Assembly: GCA_964437705.1 (NCBI GenBank)
Contig: CAYTHX010000008.1
Span: 7,590-71,589 of the forward strand
Origin: an uncultured Nitrososphaeria archaeon
GTDB lineage: Archaea; Thermoproteota; Nitrososphaeria; Geothermarchaeales; JDFR-13
Direction: 5' to 3'
DNA: 64,000 bases
Made by a program: the position numbers and the translations under genes. Of the stretch, positions 1-9,548 are shown piece after piece; position 1 is the first letter of the stretch; each line of letters begins with the position of its first letter. The notes below the pieces were generated by a model. The model did not search any database. It was given only the letters and a program-made list of their open reading frames with translations, and was not told the origin of the DNA.

Positions 1-915
1 ATTTTCTGAGAAAGAGTCTATTGTATTTATGATTGCTTGGTAACTTTTCATCGTTTCTTTAGGAATATTTCTTTTTTGTTGAATTACTGGGAATACCTCA
101 ACATATTTATCTAGTATTGTGTTAAGGGAATTAATTAGTTTTTTAAAGTTATCTATGCAGTTAAATAATGATATTAGTCCATGTGTATGTATAGAGTGTC
201 TAGATAATAGAGTTATCCTCATACCCTCCTGAACGTAGGATATAGTTGCAATTTCACTATCTCTATCTAATTTGTCTATCAATTTAATTGTCATAATCAC
301 TATTAATGTTGATGATGGAGCTTTTCCTATCCTACTTATTATATAGAAGAGCTTTTTATGCATATTTGAATCAATAGTCGTAATCGTTGGTGGAATAGTT
401 AGGTATATTGAGGGATCTTTTTTACCCATATATACCCTTGATAGCGTAGCACCAATTAAAGAAAGGATAATTTGATTATAATCCAGTTTAAATTCTGGTT
501 TTCTACCTGATTTTCCTCCCATTGAGGACATCCCACGTTCAAACTCGTAGAAATTTATTTTTAATAATGATGGAGGAGTTGATAGCGGAGCATCTGGAAA
601 TTCTTTTAGATTTCTAATTAACGTAACATATCCATTAATTAAAGGGCCGATTCTTCTATCCTCCGTGTTGGTGACTTTTAACCATGACATTATGTTTTTT
701 ATTATATGGGTAATATCATTTATAGTTAAGTTATATGGTCTTTTGTTACCTAGTTCTTTAGAAAGCTTCATCAGAGCTTTGCACAATCTTTCTGGGTCTT
801 CTATTTTTACCTTATTTTCTATTCTTTGTATCCCATGTGGTTGTAGATAACATACAGTAACATTAAATAATTCGTATGCAAAAGTTCCTGTTGGAGGAAA
901 ATTTATATACTCCAC
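1..915 (-). CDS. cas8a: Type I-A Cascade large subunit (Cas8a/CsaX-like), runs off window edge
   Basis: Not in ORF track. GTG at 915 overlaps the cas5 stop; manual translation MEYINFPPTGTFAYELF...PPSLLKINFYEFERG...IILSLIGATLSRV resembles the Cas8a2/CsaX motif; position after cas5. Confidence 0.7.
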   Translation of the reverse strand, partial: MEYINFPPTGTFAYELFNVTVCYLQPHGIQRIENKVKIEDPERLCKALMKLSKELGNKRPYNLTINDITHIIKNIMSWLKVTNTEDRRIGPLINGYVTLIRNLKEFPDAPLSTPPSLLKINFYEFERGMSSMGGKSGRKPEFKLDYNQIILSLIGATLSRVYMGKKDPSIYLTIPPTITTIDSNMHKKLFYIISRIGKAPSSTLIVIMTIKLIDKLDRDSEIATISYVQEGMRITLLSRHSIHTHGLISLFNCIDNFKKLINSLNTILDKYVEVFPVIQQKRNIPKETMKSYQAIINTIDSFSEN

Positions 916-1703
916 TAATTATCCCCTCTGTAGGTAACTATCAATTCCCCATCAACATCATATATAACTGCATTTTCCACGTCTATTTTTAATTCCATGG
1001 GTTCTATTTCACCACCAAATATAACATCATATTTATTTACCAAATATTCCATTTCGGTAGGTTTTCTCCTTGATTTACCGACTCTATACGCTTCTATGTC
1101 TTTAAAATCCCAATACGTGACTCTATGATAAGCTTCATTATAGATTTCTAATACATGATTACTTCTTAGGTAATATTGTGTTGATATTTCGTCACTCTCA
1201 ACACTACTTATATCTACAACCCTCACTTTCTCTACTGAAGATATTCCCTCTTTAGAACCAATTCTACTTATTAGAAACGCTGCTTTTTCTAATATGTCAA
1301 TCCACTCTTCATGAACAAGATATATTACCCTTAGTTTACCTTTAATTACATATGTTTTTCCTACTGCTTGTGCAGCAAAAGGAGACAATTTTTGTCTATG
1401 TTGTACTCTAAGATATGGTGAGGATATTACTCTACCTAAATCTTGATAGGGACAAGCAGAGGACTCTATTATCCTACATGTAACATCATATATTCCATTT
1501 AGAATCTTTATCGTAGAACTATAAATCTTTCCATTTTGGACTATAGTTTCAGGATTGCCATTAATTTTATTATAGCCATAAGATAATGCACCGATAAGTG
1601 TAGATGGGGGAGGATATGGATATGGAGATTGCGCTGCAGACTGTTCTGTCTGTCTAACTATAAACCCCCAGTGAAATGTAACGTCAACTTTAAGTGCTTT
1701 CAA
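915..1703 (-). CDS. cas5: Type I-A Cas5
   Basis: YPYPPPSTLIGAL N-terminal motif and RIGSKE loop; follows cas7. Confidence 0.92.
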   Translation of the reverse strand: MKALKVDVTFHWGFIVRQTEQSAAQSPYPYPPPSTLIGALSYGYNKINGNPETIVQNGKIYSSTIKILNGIYDVTCRIIESSACPYQDLGRVISSPYLRVQHRQKLSPFAAQAVGKTYVIKGKLRVIYLVHEEWIDILEKAAFLISRIGSKEGISSVEKVRVVDISSVESDEISTQYYLRSNHVLEIYNEAYHRVTYWDFKDIEAYRVGKSRRKPTEMEYLVNKYDVIFGGEIEPMELKIDVENAVIYDVDGELIVTYRGDN

Positions 1704-2766
1704 TCCAGTTTTTCACCGTAGACCAGACTTCATTAAAAAGCTCCTCAACGCTACCAGTTATTCTTTTAATACTTAAACCTTCAACTTCTTCATCCTTGGG
1801 TAATTCTTCCTCCTTAAATGCTGATTTATCTGAAATGTAATAGTAAATCTTTAATTCTAATTCATCACTTAATTTTGTATCACTAAATAGTTCTTTATAG
1901 TCTTTAGCTTTCACTACCGTTGATGATATATATATTTTAGAATGCGGTGGAGACACTGTAAATACTAGCGGTTTTGCCAATGCAACAACTAAACTTTCTA
2001 TCTCCCAATGTGGATTAAATCTACTTCTGTGTCCTCCAAATAAAGGTGAAGCTAATGTTAAATATAGTGCCTTAATAGCTATGTCCACCCTTTTCTTAAA
2101 CTCTTCTTTAAACTTTTCCTCTTCCTTTATGACATTTTCTATTTTGACCATACTTGTTTTTAATATTCCTGATAGCTCCAGATTAGCCATTACACCATAT
2201 AATGCAGAACCAGTATCCACGTAGTAAATTGCCTGTGCAGGTTCCCTAGGCTCTGATGGGGCATATCTAACATGGAATTGAGACTCAACGGCTACATTCT
2301 TAATAGTATCATAAGTAGGAATCATGTAACTAAATTGTATTTTTGATGTTCTCTTAACTGGATCCGAACAATAGTCTCCGCCAGTATATAGAAAGCCTCC
2401 AATATCCTCAACCGTACAATGTTTAATAATCCTCTTTTCAAACTCGTGCGGATCTAACTTTTCATTAAATAATTCTTTATCCTTGTTGGTAAATAGCTCG
2501 TCAGTAGAGTGTTTAATGAACTCCTCCCTACTACAACGTTCACATACTGGAACTCCAACTTCACTAGCTAATTTCGCTAAGGTAGCCTGGTAGCCATGTG
2601 CCAGAGATTCTCCACTAATAGCAGGAACAAAGACAATCTTATATTCATTAGATTCTTGTTTTATTACAACGGGGGCCTTCCTATGCCTAACCATATTACC
2701 TATGGACTCAATCATATTCAATGCTTCTACATTAGCTAAAATTCTAGCAGACAAGCTTAAGAACAT
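1690..2766 (-). CDS. cas7: Type I-A Cas7/Csa2 backbone subunit
   Basis: NVEALNMIESIGN, VPAISGESLAHGYQ, VEDIGGFL, FGGHRSRFNP motifs of Csa2. Confidence 0.95.
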   Translation of the reverse strand: MFLSLSARILANVEALNMIESIGNMVRHRKAPVVIKQESNEYKIVFVPAISGESLAHGYQATLAKLASEVGVPVCERCSREEFIKHSTDELFTNKDKELFNEKLDPHEFEKRIIKHCTVEDIGGFLYTGGDYCSDPVKRTSKIQFSYMIPTYDTIKNVAVESQFHVRYAPSEPREPAQAIYYVDTGSALYGVMANLELSGILKTSMVKIENVIKEEEKFKEEFKKRVDIAIKALYLTLASPLFGGHRSRFNPHWEIESLVVALAKPLVFTVSPPHSKIYISSTVVKAKDYKELFSDTKLSDELELKIYYYISDKSAFKEEELPKDEEVEGLSIKRITGSVEELFNEVWSTVKNWIEST

Positions 2767-2782
2767 ATTCTCACCCCCCTAT

Positions 2783-3253
2783 TCACTTAGATTTTTCAGA
2801 TTCACGTGAGGCGGGTAAACCATATGCCTTAATAGCGATCTCCCTAGCTAAATCGAGATTGCCTTTCTCAATCTCGTTTAAAAATTTTCTTAGTTCTTCC
2901 TCGGAAGGTATCCCCCTGCACGGAACACAATAGATCTTCTTACCCTTATATCCTCCTTTCCCTCCATAAACCTTTTCAACAGTACCTATTATCACCCTTC
3001 TACTCGGTGGATTATCAATTTTAACATCATACTCACAACAAGTAATCTCTACTTCTTTATTGTTATCTAGCTTTAGTTTTACTCTTAAACTATTATTTCT
3101 CATAGTTTCGGCCAATCGAACAGCTTCATACAACGCTGATTTAATAACATCTGGAGATAGTGCATAAGCAATTTTATCTACTATACTATACCTGCCAGCA
3201 GTAATAAACATGTTAAGTAAATTTATAATTCCCTTATAATTTTCTTCACTCAT
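2783..3253 (-). CDS. csa5: Type I-A small subunit Csa5 (Cas11) with Cys-rich insertion
   Basis: YSIVDKIAYALSPD...ALYEAVR; first gene of the Cascade operon. Confidence 0.85.
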   Translation of the reverse strand: MSEENYKGIINLLNMFITAGRYSIVDKIAYALSPDVIKSALYEAVRLAETMRNNSLRVKLKLDNNKEVEITCCEYDVKIDNPPSRRVIIGTVEKVYGGKGGYKGKKIYCVPCRGIPSEEELRKFLNEIEKGNLDLAREIAIKAYGLPASRESEKSK

Positions 3254-3302
3254 AAGAATAGATTTATGAAATAAAATATATTAAGGTTAAAATGTAAAAA
3301 AG

Positions 3303-3335
3303 ATGAAAATTTTCATTTAAAAATAGAAATGAAAA
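3303..3335. promoter_or_regulatory. Palindromic operator-like sites upstream of csa5
   Basis: Perfect palindrome ATGAAAATTTTCAT (3303-3316) plus inverted repeat TTTTCATTT (3310-3318) / AAATGAAAA (3327-3335). Confidence 0.4.
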
Positions 3336-3416
3336 AATCTCTACAAAAATATTTTTACTTTACTTAGGTAGTTAATTAGTAGATAATTCATTTTTTAAAA
3401 TGATCATTAACAATCG

Positions 3417-4022
3417 TCACACTTTTCTGCATATCCATTGCCATCCGCATCCGTGGCATTTTTTGGTTTGTTTGTATTGTGGTATTTTTTCTTCGTTTAG
3501 TATTTTGTTTATTTGTTTTATTGTCCAGATTACGTGTTTTTTCATGTGTTCTGTTATTGGTATTTCGAAGGTTTTTTGTGATGGTAGGTATTTTAGTATG
3601 ATTTTTCTTATTGGTTTGTTTATTTTTTCTTCTGCTAGCATTGCGTATGCTATTGCTTGGTATATGTGTCCTGGTGGTGGCTTTCTTGATGGATATGCAT
3701 GTTTTACTTCAACGATAGCTAGCTCTTTTCCTGTATCTATTACCTCGTCTACTACACCTATTATTCCCAATCTTTCTGACGCTACTTCAAGTTTTCTCCA
3801 CCTCTGTTTTACTGGTATTTTTCTGTGTTTATCTAGTGTTTTTCTCCTTCTTCCCTTTATATCCTCTTTTATATGTGATTCTTTTCCTTCTAGCATGCTT
3901 TCTGTGGTTCTTTCCTCTACTCCTAATACTCCTAGGAAATATATTATTCTTGGGCAGTAGTGGTACTGTTTTATCCATGTTACTGGTATTAATTCTTTTT
4001 CTTCTTCAGACAAGGTACTCAC
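3417..4022 (-). CDS. cas4: Cas4 nuclease
   Basis: QYHYCPR, GVVD, VEVK, QAIAYA and C-terminal CxxCx5C Fe-S motif. Confidence 0.95.
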   Translation of the reverse strand: MSTLSEEEKELIPVTWIKQYHYCPRIIYFLGVLGVEERTTESMLEGKESHIKEDIKGRRRKTLDKHRKIPVKQRWRKLEVASERLGIIGVVDEVIDTGKELAIVEVKHAYPSRKPPPGHIYQAIAYAMLAEEKINKPIRKIILKYLPSQKTFEIPITEHMKKHVIWTIKQINKILNEEKIPQYKQTKKCHGCGWQWICRKV

Positions 4023-4296
4023 TTAGATCGCGTGTATATTCTGGATATGGTTTTCCTAGAGTTACTTTTAGGGATAAATCTGCTCTACAAATTACAAATA
4101 TTTGAATATTTCCATCTGCATCTCCTAATACTCTTCTTAATGCTGCTATAAGCTCTTTTCTTGCTGCACTTGTTATATTTCCCATAAATGCGCTTCTCTG
4201 TATTCTCGATAATCCGAATCGCTTACATATATCGCTTACTCTTGACCTAATATCATCATCTGAGATATCATATATAACTAGTGTATGTATTTTTAT
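4006..4296 (-). CDS. cas2: Cas2, no ATG/GTG/TTG start (ATA start at 4290 or 4296, or readthrough from cas1)
   Basis: Not in ORF track. Manual translation IKIHTLVIYDISDDDIRSRVSDICKRFGLSRIQRSAFMG...; stop TGA at 4008-4006. Confidence 0.92.
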   Translation of the reverse strand: MKIHTLVIYDISDDDIRSRVSDICKRFGLSRIQRSAFMGNITSAARKELIAALRRVLGDADGNIQIFVICRADLSLKVTLGKPYPEYTRDLSEYLV

Positions 4297-5310
4297 TCAC
4301 CTCTCGATATATGGTTCATATCTAGGAGCTTTATCCATTATAAATAGGGCTAGTCTTCTAGCTTGAAGTAAAATATGATCAATTATAGGTACACTTCTAT
4401 TCTTAAAAGTGACTTTTTCATCTAACCTCTCATAAAATGCTTTAATAACATCCCATCTTGCATCTCTACTTAACCTTCCATCACGAATTATCTTATTGAG
4501 ATCTAAACGTCTTATTAACCTTAGTACTACTCTATCGACAACTGGTTGCCTAAACTCTTCCATTAAATCCATAACTAAAGCTGGTCTTCTTGAGGAATCT
4601 TCATGTAAAAAACCCATATATGGCTCAAGTCCACTACACTCCACAGCAAGCAACACCTCTCCAGCTAGTAATCCATATCCATAATTAAGAAGGATATTTA
4701 CGGGATCCTTTGGTCTATCATATCTCTTTTTTCTCCCTGGAAATCCTACATCTTCTGGAAGTAGTAATCTAAATCCTTTCCAGTATGCCTCTGCAGCTTC
4801 AGCCTCGATACGTATAACTTCAAATCGAAGTTTCTTTAAATCATCATATTCTAGCCCTTTAACAATACGCTGAAATTTTGATAATTCCGCAGATATTTCT
4901 AGTAATTTTTTAGCTACATCAGGATTTATTCTTAACCTTGCCTTAGCTGCATGATAAATAATTGCTTTTTGATTTCCTATTTTAGCCCAAATAATTCTCT
5001 TGACAATATGTGCACACTTCCAACTATTCTGTGCATCTCTCTGCATCTTCTTTAACTTAATAGCTCCACCTTTAATAGGAAATGCTCTAATAACTGGAAA
5101 ACCTACACTTGAATATACTATTAGTGGTATTTTATGTGTCGCTAATAACCTTAGTAGTGCTGTTGAAATTGATGCTCCTCTAGTAGTAACAATTACCCTA
5201 GTAATTTGGGCTGGAGAGACCTCACCAACCTTATTACCCTTCTCCCTAATAATTATCATTCCCCTCTTAACTCCTACAAACATTCCAGGCTTATTAATTA
5301 GCAATCTCAT
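4297..5310 (-). CDS. cas1: Cas1 integrase
   Basis: IEAEAAEAYW, DPVNILLNYGYG, GFLH, LVMDLMEEFRQPVVD motifs. Confidence 0.97.
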   Translation of the reverse strand: MRLLINKPGMFVGVKRGMIIIREKGNKVGEVSPAQITRVIVTTRGASISTALLRLLATHKIPLIVYSSVGFPVIRAFPIKGGAIKLKKMQRDAQNSWKCAHIVKRIIWAKIGNQKAIIYHAAKARLRINPDVAKKLLEISAELSKFQRIVKGLEYDDLKKLRFEVIRIEAEAAEAYWKGFRLLLPEDVGFPGRKKRYDRPKDPVNILLNYGYGLLAGEVLLAVECSGLEPYMGFLHEDSSRRPALVMDLMEEFRQPVVDRVVLRLIRRLDLNKIIRDGRLSRDARWDVIKAFYERLDEKVTFKNRSVPIIDHILLQARRLALFIMDKAPRYEPYIER

Positions 5311-6263
5311 TGTAATCTCTCCTTACTACAAACTGGGTAGTAGGGACAGTAACTCGGGCATCTAGAAGGTTTACCAGGATCTCTACCTACCTCAAGAATA
5401 GCATATGCCTCATCCCTTATATCCAGAAACTCTCTTCTTAATTCGTCACCAACAACGAAGCATCTTACCCTAAATCTAGGAACATTATTAATTACTTTTA
5501 CGTAAATTATTAATCCATAATCAATCGGAATATTTTCTTCAGCCTCTAGCGCTAATGCATAACCAGCAATTGTTAGTGGATGGAAAGCTCGAATTTCTCC
5601 AGTTTTTAGATCTGCAATAGCATTATAAGGAGTATAGATATCTACACTTAATTCACTACTTAATCCAATTAAACTTCCATCAACTTTACGCTCAATCACA
5701 GGGGGAACAGCTATACTAACAATAGAATCAGAAGTTGCATGAGGATACTTAGATAATGTATTATCAATTTTAGCGGCAGCCTGAATAACTAGGAATTTAT
5801 AAAGGGATAAAGCTTCATTTCGAAGCATATCTTGCTCTTCACTAGTTATTTTATTAAAGATAAAGCTAGCATCATTAATACACTTAGAAACTACATCATC
5901 AGCTCTCGGCAATAGGTATTCTGCAACTTCATAACCAGCTACACCAGAAAACCTATCAAAAAGAAGCTTCTTAACCTCAAATAATACTCTATGACAAATA
6001 TTATGAAAGATTAATCCACGTGCTAACTTAACACTAGGTGGCGGCTGTATTCTACAAATCCTACGCAAATAGATATCTCTAAGTGTTTCACAATATCTAC
6101 CAGCAATCTCACTAACACCTAAGTACTTACTATCACTTGGAGGTTGAACTGGAGGACTATCGAAAGACCAACCACGTAAATCCTCACTAATTCCCCTCGC
6201 CTCAATCTCTTTCCTTAATAACCTAAATCTCCTATCTAAATCAAGCCTATCTAAGAAAAACAT
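5307..6263 (-). CDS. csa1: Csa1 (Cas4-like, type I-A)
   Basis: ELRGW-like motif (DLRGWSF), YCETLRDIYLRR, ADLKTG, AGYALALE and terminal CxxxCxxxxxC. ATG at 6263 is likelier than the track start at 6287. Confidence 0.9.
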   Translation of the reverse strand: MFFLDRLDLDRRFRLLRKEIEARGISEDLRGWSFDSPPVQPPSDSKYLGVSEIAGRYCETLRDIYLRRICRIQPPPSVKLARGLIFHNICHRVLFEVKKLLFDRFSGVAGYEVAEYLLPRADDVVSKCINDASFIFNKITSEEQDMLRNEALSLYKFLVIQAAAKIDNTLSKYPHATSDSIVSIAVPPVIERKVDGSLIGLSSELSVDIYTPYNAIADLKTGEIRAFHPLTIAGYALALEAEENIPIDYGLIIYVKVINNVPRFRVRCFVVGDELRREFLDIRDEAYAILEVGRDPGKPSRCPSYCPYYPVCSKERLQ

Positions 6264-6289
6264 CAACAAAATAAATAATAATATCAAAA

Positions 6290-6411
6290 ATAAAGTTTAA
6301 TTTTCGTGACTCACTATAAGGTATACTACAATTCTCATACTCACGAAAAATCAAAATTAAAATAGTCTAAAACACAAAATAATTCATAGAAAATAGGCAC
6401 AAAGAAACTCG
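6290..6411 (+). promoter_or_regulatory. CRISPR leader / divergent promoter of adaptation operon and array
   Basis: A-rich non-coding stretch before the first repeat; orientation from the ATTGAAA(N) 3' repeat end and the variant last repeat; contains TTTTCGTGA...TCACGAAAA. Confidence 0.7.
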
Positions 6412-8795
6412 GATCTCATAAAGAGAATTGAAATTTAAGCTCCGTCATAATCCCATTCCCCCAAACATACTTCCACAAGATCTCATAAAGAGAATTGAAA
6501 TATAACGATGGATAAAGCATTATGTGCCACGTTTGGAAGATCTCATAAAGAGAATTGAAATAATTCTATTAATGCGGTTTTGAAGGAGTCTCTACTTATT
6601 GATCTCATAAAGAGAATTGAAATTGGATTCCAATCTATAAGCCTTTTCATCAACTCATAGTCGTGATCTCATAAAGAGAATTGAAATTCTCATAAAAACA
6701 AAAAAGCTTACACTCTTTTTTTAACTGTTTGATCTCATAAAGAGAATTGAAATTTTACATTACGACCTCCGCAGCCTCTTTACGTTTTTCCTCGGATCTC
6801 ATAAAGAGAATTGAAATTGTGAAATCTCTGCTTAACTCATTAACATACTGACCGAGATCTCATAAAGAGAATTGAAATCTAATGTAAGCTTCTTAGGATT
6901 TATTGGATTAGGCTTTGTTGATCTCATAAAGAGAATTGAAATTTCAACCTTTCCAATACGGAATCTCTTCGGCAGCATATTAGATCGATCTCATAAAGAG
7001 AATTGAAATGGTGGATATGTTAAATTGTTTGCATCCGTGAGATATCCCGCAAGATCTCATAAAGAGAATTGAAATCTTGAGAAACTAAAATAGGGATGAT
7101 GAGCTTAACCACTTGGGATCTCATAAAGAGAATTGAAATTATATTATCGTAGAGATATCGCTATATTTATCTTTTGATCTCAGATCTCATAAAGAGAATT
7201 GAAATTGTAGTAGTCATATTGATATTCCATCCTTGCTCTTTCCGATCTCATAAAGAGAATTGAAATGCCGATGTCCTCGCGAGATTTGATAATCAACACA
7301 ACGCTGATCTCATAAAGAGAATTGAAATTACTTCGAGGCAGGCGTAAGATCTCCACAGAAAGATGATCTCATAAAGAGAATTGAAATATTTGTAAGATCC
7401 CCAAATGCACCCGAGATTTTTTCTTCTAATGATCTCATAAAGAGAATTGAAATAGGTTATGATGAAGCAAGGGTCAAGGCCTTAGCTGATATTTTGGATC
7501 TCATAAAGAGAATTGAAATCTAAAAACAATACGAAATTTGGATACTGTAAATGTTGTTCGATCTCATAAAGAGAATTGAAATGAAAATACATCTCAATCA
7601 ACTTACCCACAAGAAATAACAGATCTCATAAAGAGAATTGAAATTCAGTATAGAAGTTTCCAAAGTTTCCTCACCAGGAAACTTGGATCTCATAAAGAGA
7701 ATTGAAATATATTAATAACCTTCCTATCAAAATATTTTTTCTTCTGGCGATCTCATAAAGAGAATTGAAATAAACGTATAATAGGTGTGCACGAAGAAAA
7801 AGGAAGAACAATAATGATCTCATAAAGAGAATTGAAATATCAAGAATTGGCGATACCGTTATTCTCCCATCTCTTCTAGATCTCATAAAGAGAATTGAAA
7901 TCGGTGTTTACGGCTCCTACGATCATTTCAACTATCCAGCTGATCTCATAAAGAGAATTGAAATATACTCTAGTCTTTTTATCATATTTCTAATTGTCTT
8001 CATTATGATCTCATAAAGAGAATTGAAATGCACTTACATTATATGGCGCATTCTTAAGCGGTAAAGAGATCGGATCTCATAAAGAGAATTGAAATTTTAA
8101 TAAGATGCTTTAAATTCAAGGTCTATGATCCTGATAGATCTCATAAAGAGAATTGAAATTGAATCCCAATTGTTTATATGGTATATGTGGATTATTATGC
8201 ATAGATCTCATAAAGAGAATTGAAATAAAAGTTATATTAAGGCTACTTAGCGGGGTAAACACATATGATCTCATAAAGAGAATTGAAATTGACTTTCTTT
8301 ATTTTTACTTTTACAATGTCACCTTCCTTTAGGATCTCATAAAGAGAATTGAAATATATTAATAACCTTCCTATCAAAATATTTTTTCTTCTGGCGATCT
8401 CATAAAGAGAATTGAAATTAGTACAAGGTCACATACTATTGACTTTTTCCTTAGCATATTGATCTCATAAAGAGAATTGAAATACAATAAAACCAACTAT
8501 AAAACCCCGCCTCATCAAAAAGATCTCATAAAGAGAATTGAAATTGATATAAAATGCATCTCTGTTATGCTATCGAAATCTATCGGATCTCATAAAGAGA
8601 ATTGAAATGAGTGTTGATTATTTGTCTTAGCTCGGTAAGGTCATTTAGATCTCATAAAGAGAATTGAAATAGTTCTAGCTCTAACCTTTTTGGTAATGCT
8701 TGTACTATTGATCTCATAAAGAGAATTGAAATTGACATAGTCAGCGACAATCACACCTACTACTATCACACAGATCTCATAAAGAGAATTGAAAG
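6412..8795 (+). CRISPR. CRISPR array, 38 repeats GATCTCATAAAGAGAATTGAAAT (23 bp), 37 spacers of 36-44 bp
   Basis: Counted by eye. Last repeat (8773-8795) ends in G; spacers 21 and 31 are identical. Confidence 0.99.
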
Positions 8796-8947
8796 TTGTG
8801 CTTAACTAATTCCTTAATATTTCTATATAGTTTTTATGTTTATTTTGTGTTTTTTGTATGATTTATTTTGTTGTTTTATGTTTATTTGTAATACTTTTTA
8901 ATGTTTTTAGGTTTGGTAATTGTATATGGTTATTGGTGGATTATTTT

Positions 8948-9000
8948 GGTTAGGGTTGGTAGGATTAAGGCTAAGAGGGTTAGGGTTGGTAGGATTAAGG
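8948..9000 (+). repeat. 23-bp direct repeat GGTTAGGGTTGGTAGGATTAAGG, two copies 30 bp apart
   Basis: Exact copies at 8948-8970 and 8978-9000. Confidence 0.85.
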
Positions 9001-9018
9001 GTTTTATTGGTGTTATGT

Positions 9019-9432
9019 ATGGCTGTAAGAGTGAAGTTAGAGGTAGCGAGAGGAGATAAGGTTATAGGGGTTATTGCTCTTGTGAATAGTGGTTATGAGG
9101 CTGATACACCGCAGCTTATGGTTCCGATATGGTTAGCTAGGGAGTTGGGTTTATGGCCTCCTCCGCCGAAGGCTCTGGAAGATGTTTTTGAGACTGCTGG
9201 AGGTCCTTTACGAGTATGGATTGTAAGGAATGCTGCTAGGGTTAGGGTATCTGTAAGTGATGCTACTTCTAGAAGTGTTGAGGTGGATATAGTTATTTCG
9301 CATTTAGCGGATGAGCCATTAATAAGTGATGTGTTAGCTGGTGAGTTGGAAATAGCTGTTGAGGATTTCGCTAAGGGATTATGGAGGTTTAGGTGGGAAC
9401 CTAAAGAAAAGCTTAGACCAAGTGAAAAATAG
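9019..9432 (+). CDS. Retropepsin-like (clan AA fold) archaeal protein with Asn at the catalytic Asp position
   Basis: ALVNSGY, LARELGL, ETAGG, EPLISD pattern; ATG at 9019 is in frame with the track ORF starting at 8920. Confidence 0.6.
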   Translation: MAVRVKLEVARGDKVIGVIALVNSGYEADTPQLMVPIWLARELGLWPPPPKALEDVFETAGGPLRVWIVRNAARVRVSVSDATSRSVEVDIVISHLADEPLISDVLAGELEIAVEDFAKGLWRFRWEPKEKLRPSEK

Positions 9433-9548
9433 TTTTTGTGGATTAGGGGGAAGATAATTACTTATTAAAGCAGAATTTTTCTAGTTTTAGTTTATACTTG
9501 GATTTTTGTGGTTAGAGGATTCTCTAGCTATGGGCTTATATTAAACTC

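Noticed and set aside
1..915. Apparent absence of cas3
   Set aside because: The operon continues past the window edge, so absence cannot be claimed.
3400..4105. Plus-strand ORFs of 186 and 89 aa
   Set aside because: Antisense shadows of cas4 and cas2. The same applies to the other short antisense ORFs over the thermosome, moxR, dpp, pst and similar genes.
7176..7182. Spacer 12 ends in GATCTCA and spacer 9 in GATC, echoing the repeat start
   Set aside because: Short matches with normal spacer lengths; compatible with chance.
7454..7496. Spacer 17 translates GYDEARVKALADIL, resembling PstS NYDENVAKALADFI near 20500
   Set aside because: Only about 23 of 42 nucleotides match, so it is not self-targeting. 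I found no spacer match in the window, though the check was by eye.
7671..7886. 71-aa ORF inside the array
   Set aside because: Chance reading through repeats and spacers.
8920..9018. N-terminal extension of the 170-aa ORF
   Set aside because: It translates the G/T-rich direct repeat; ATG at 9019 is the more plausible start.
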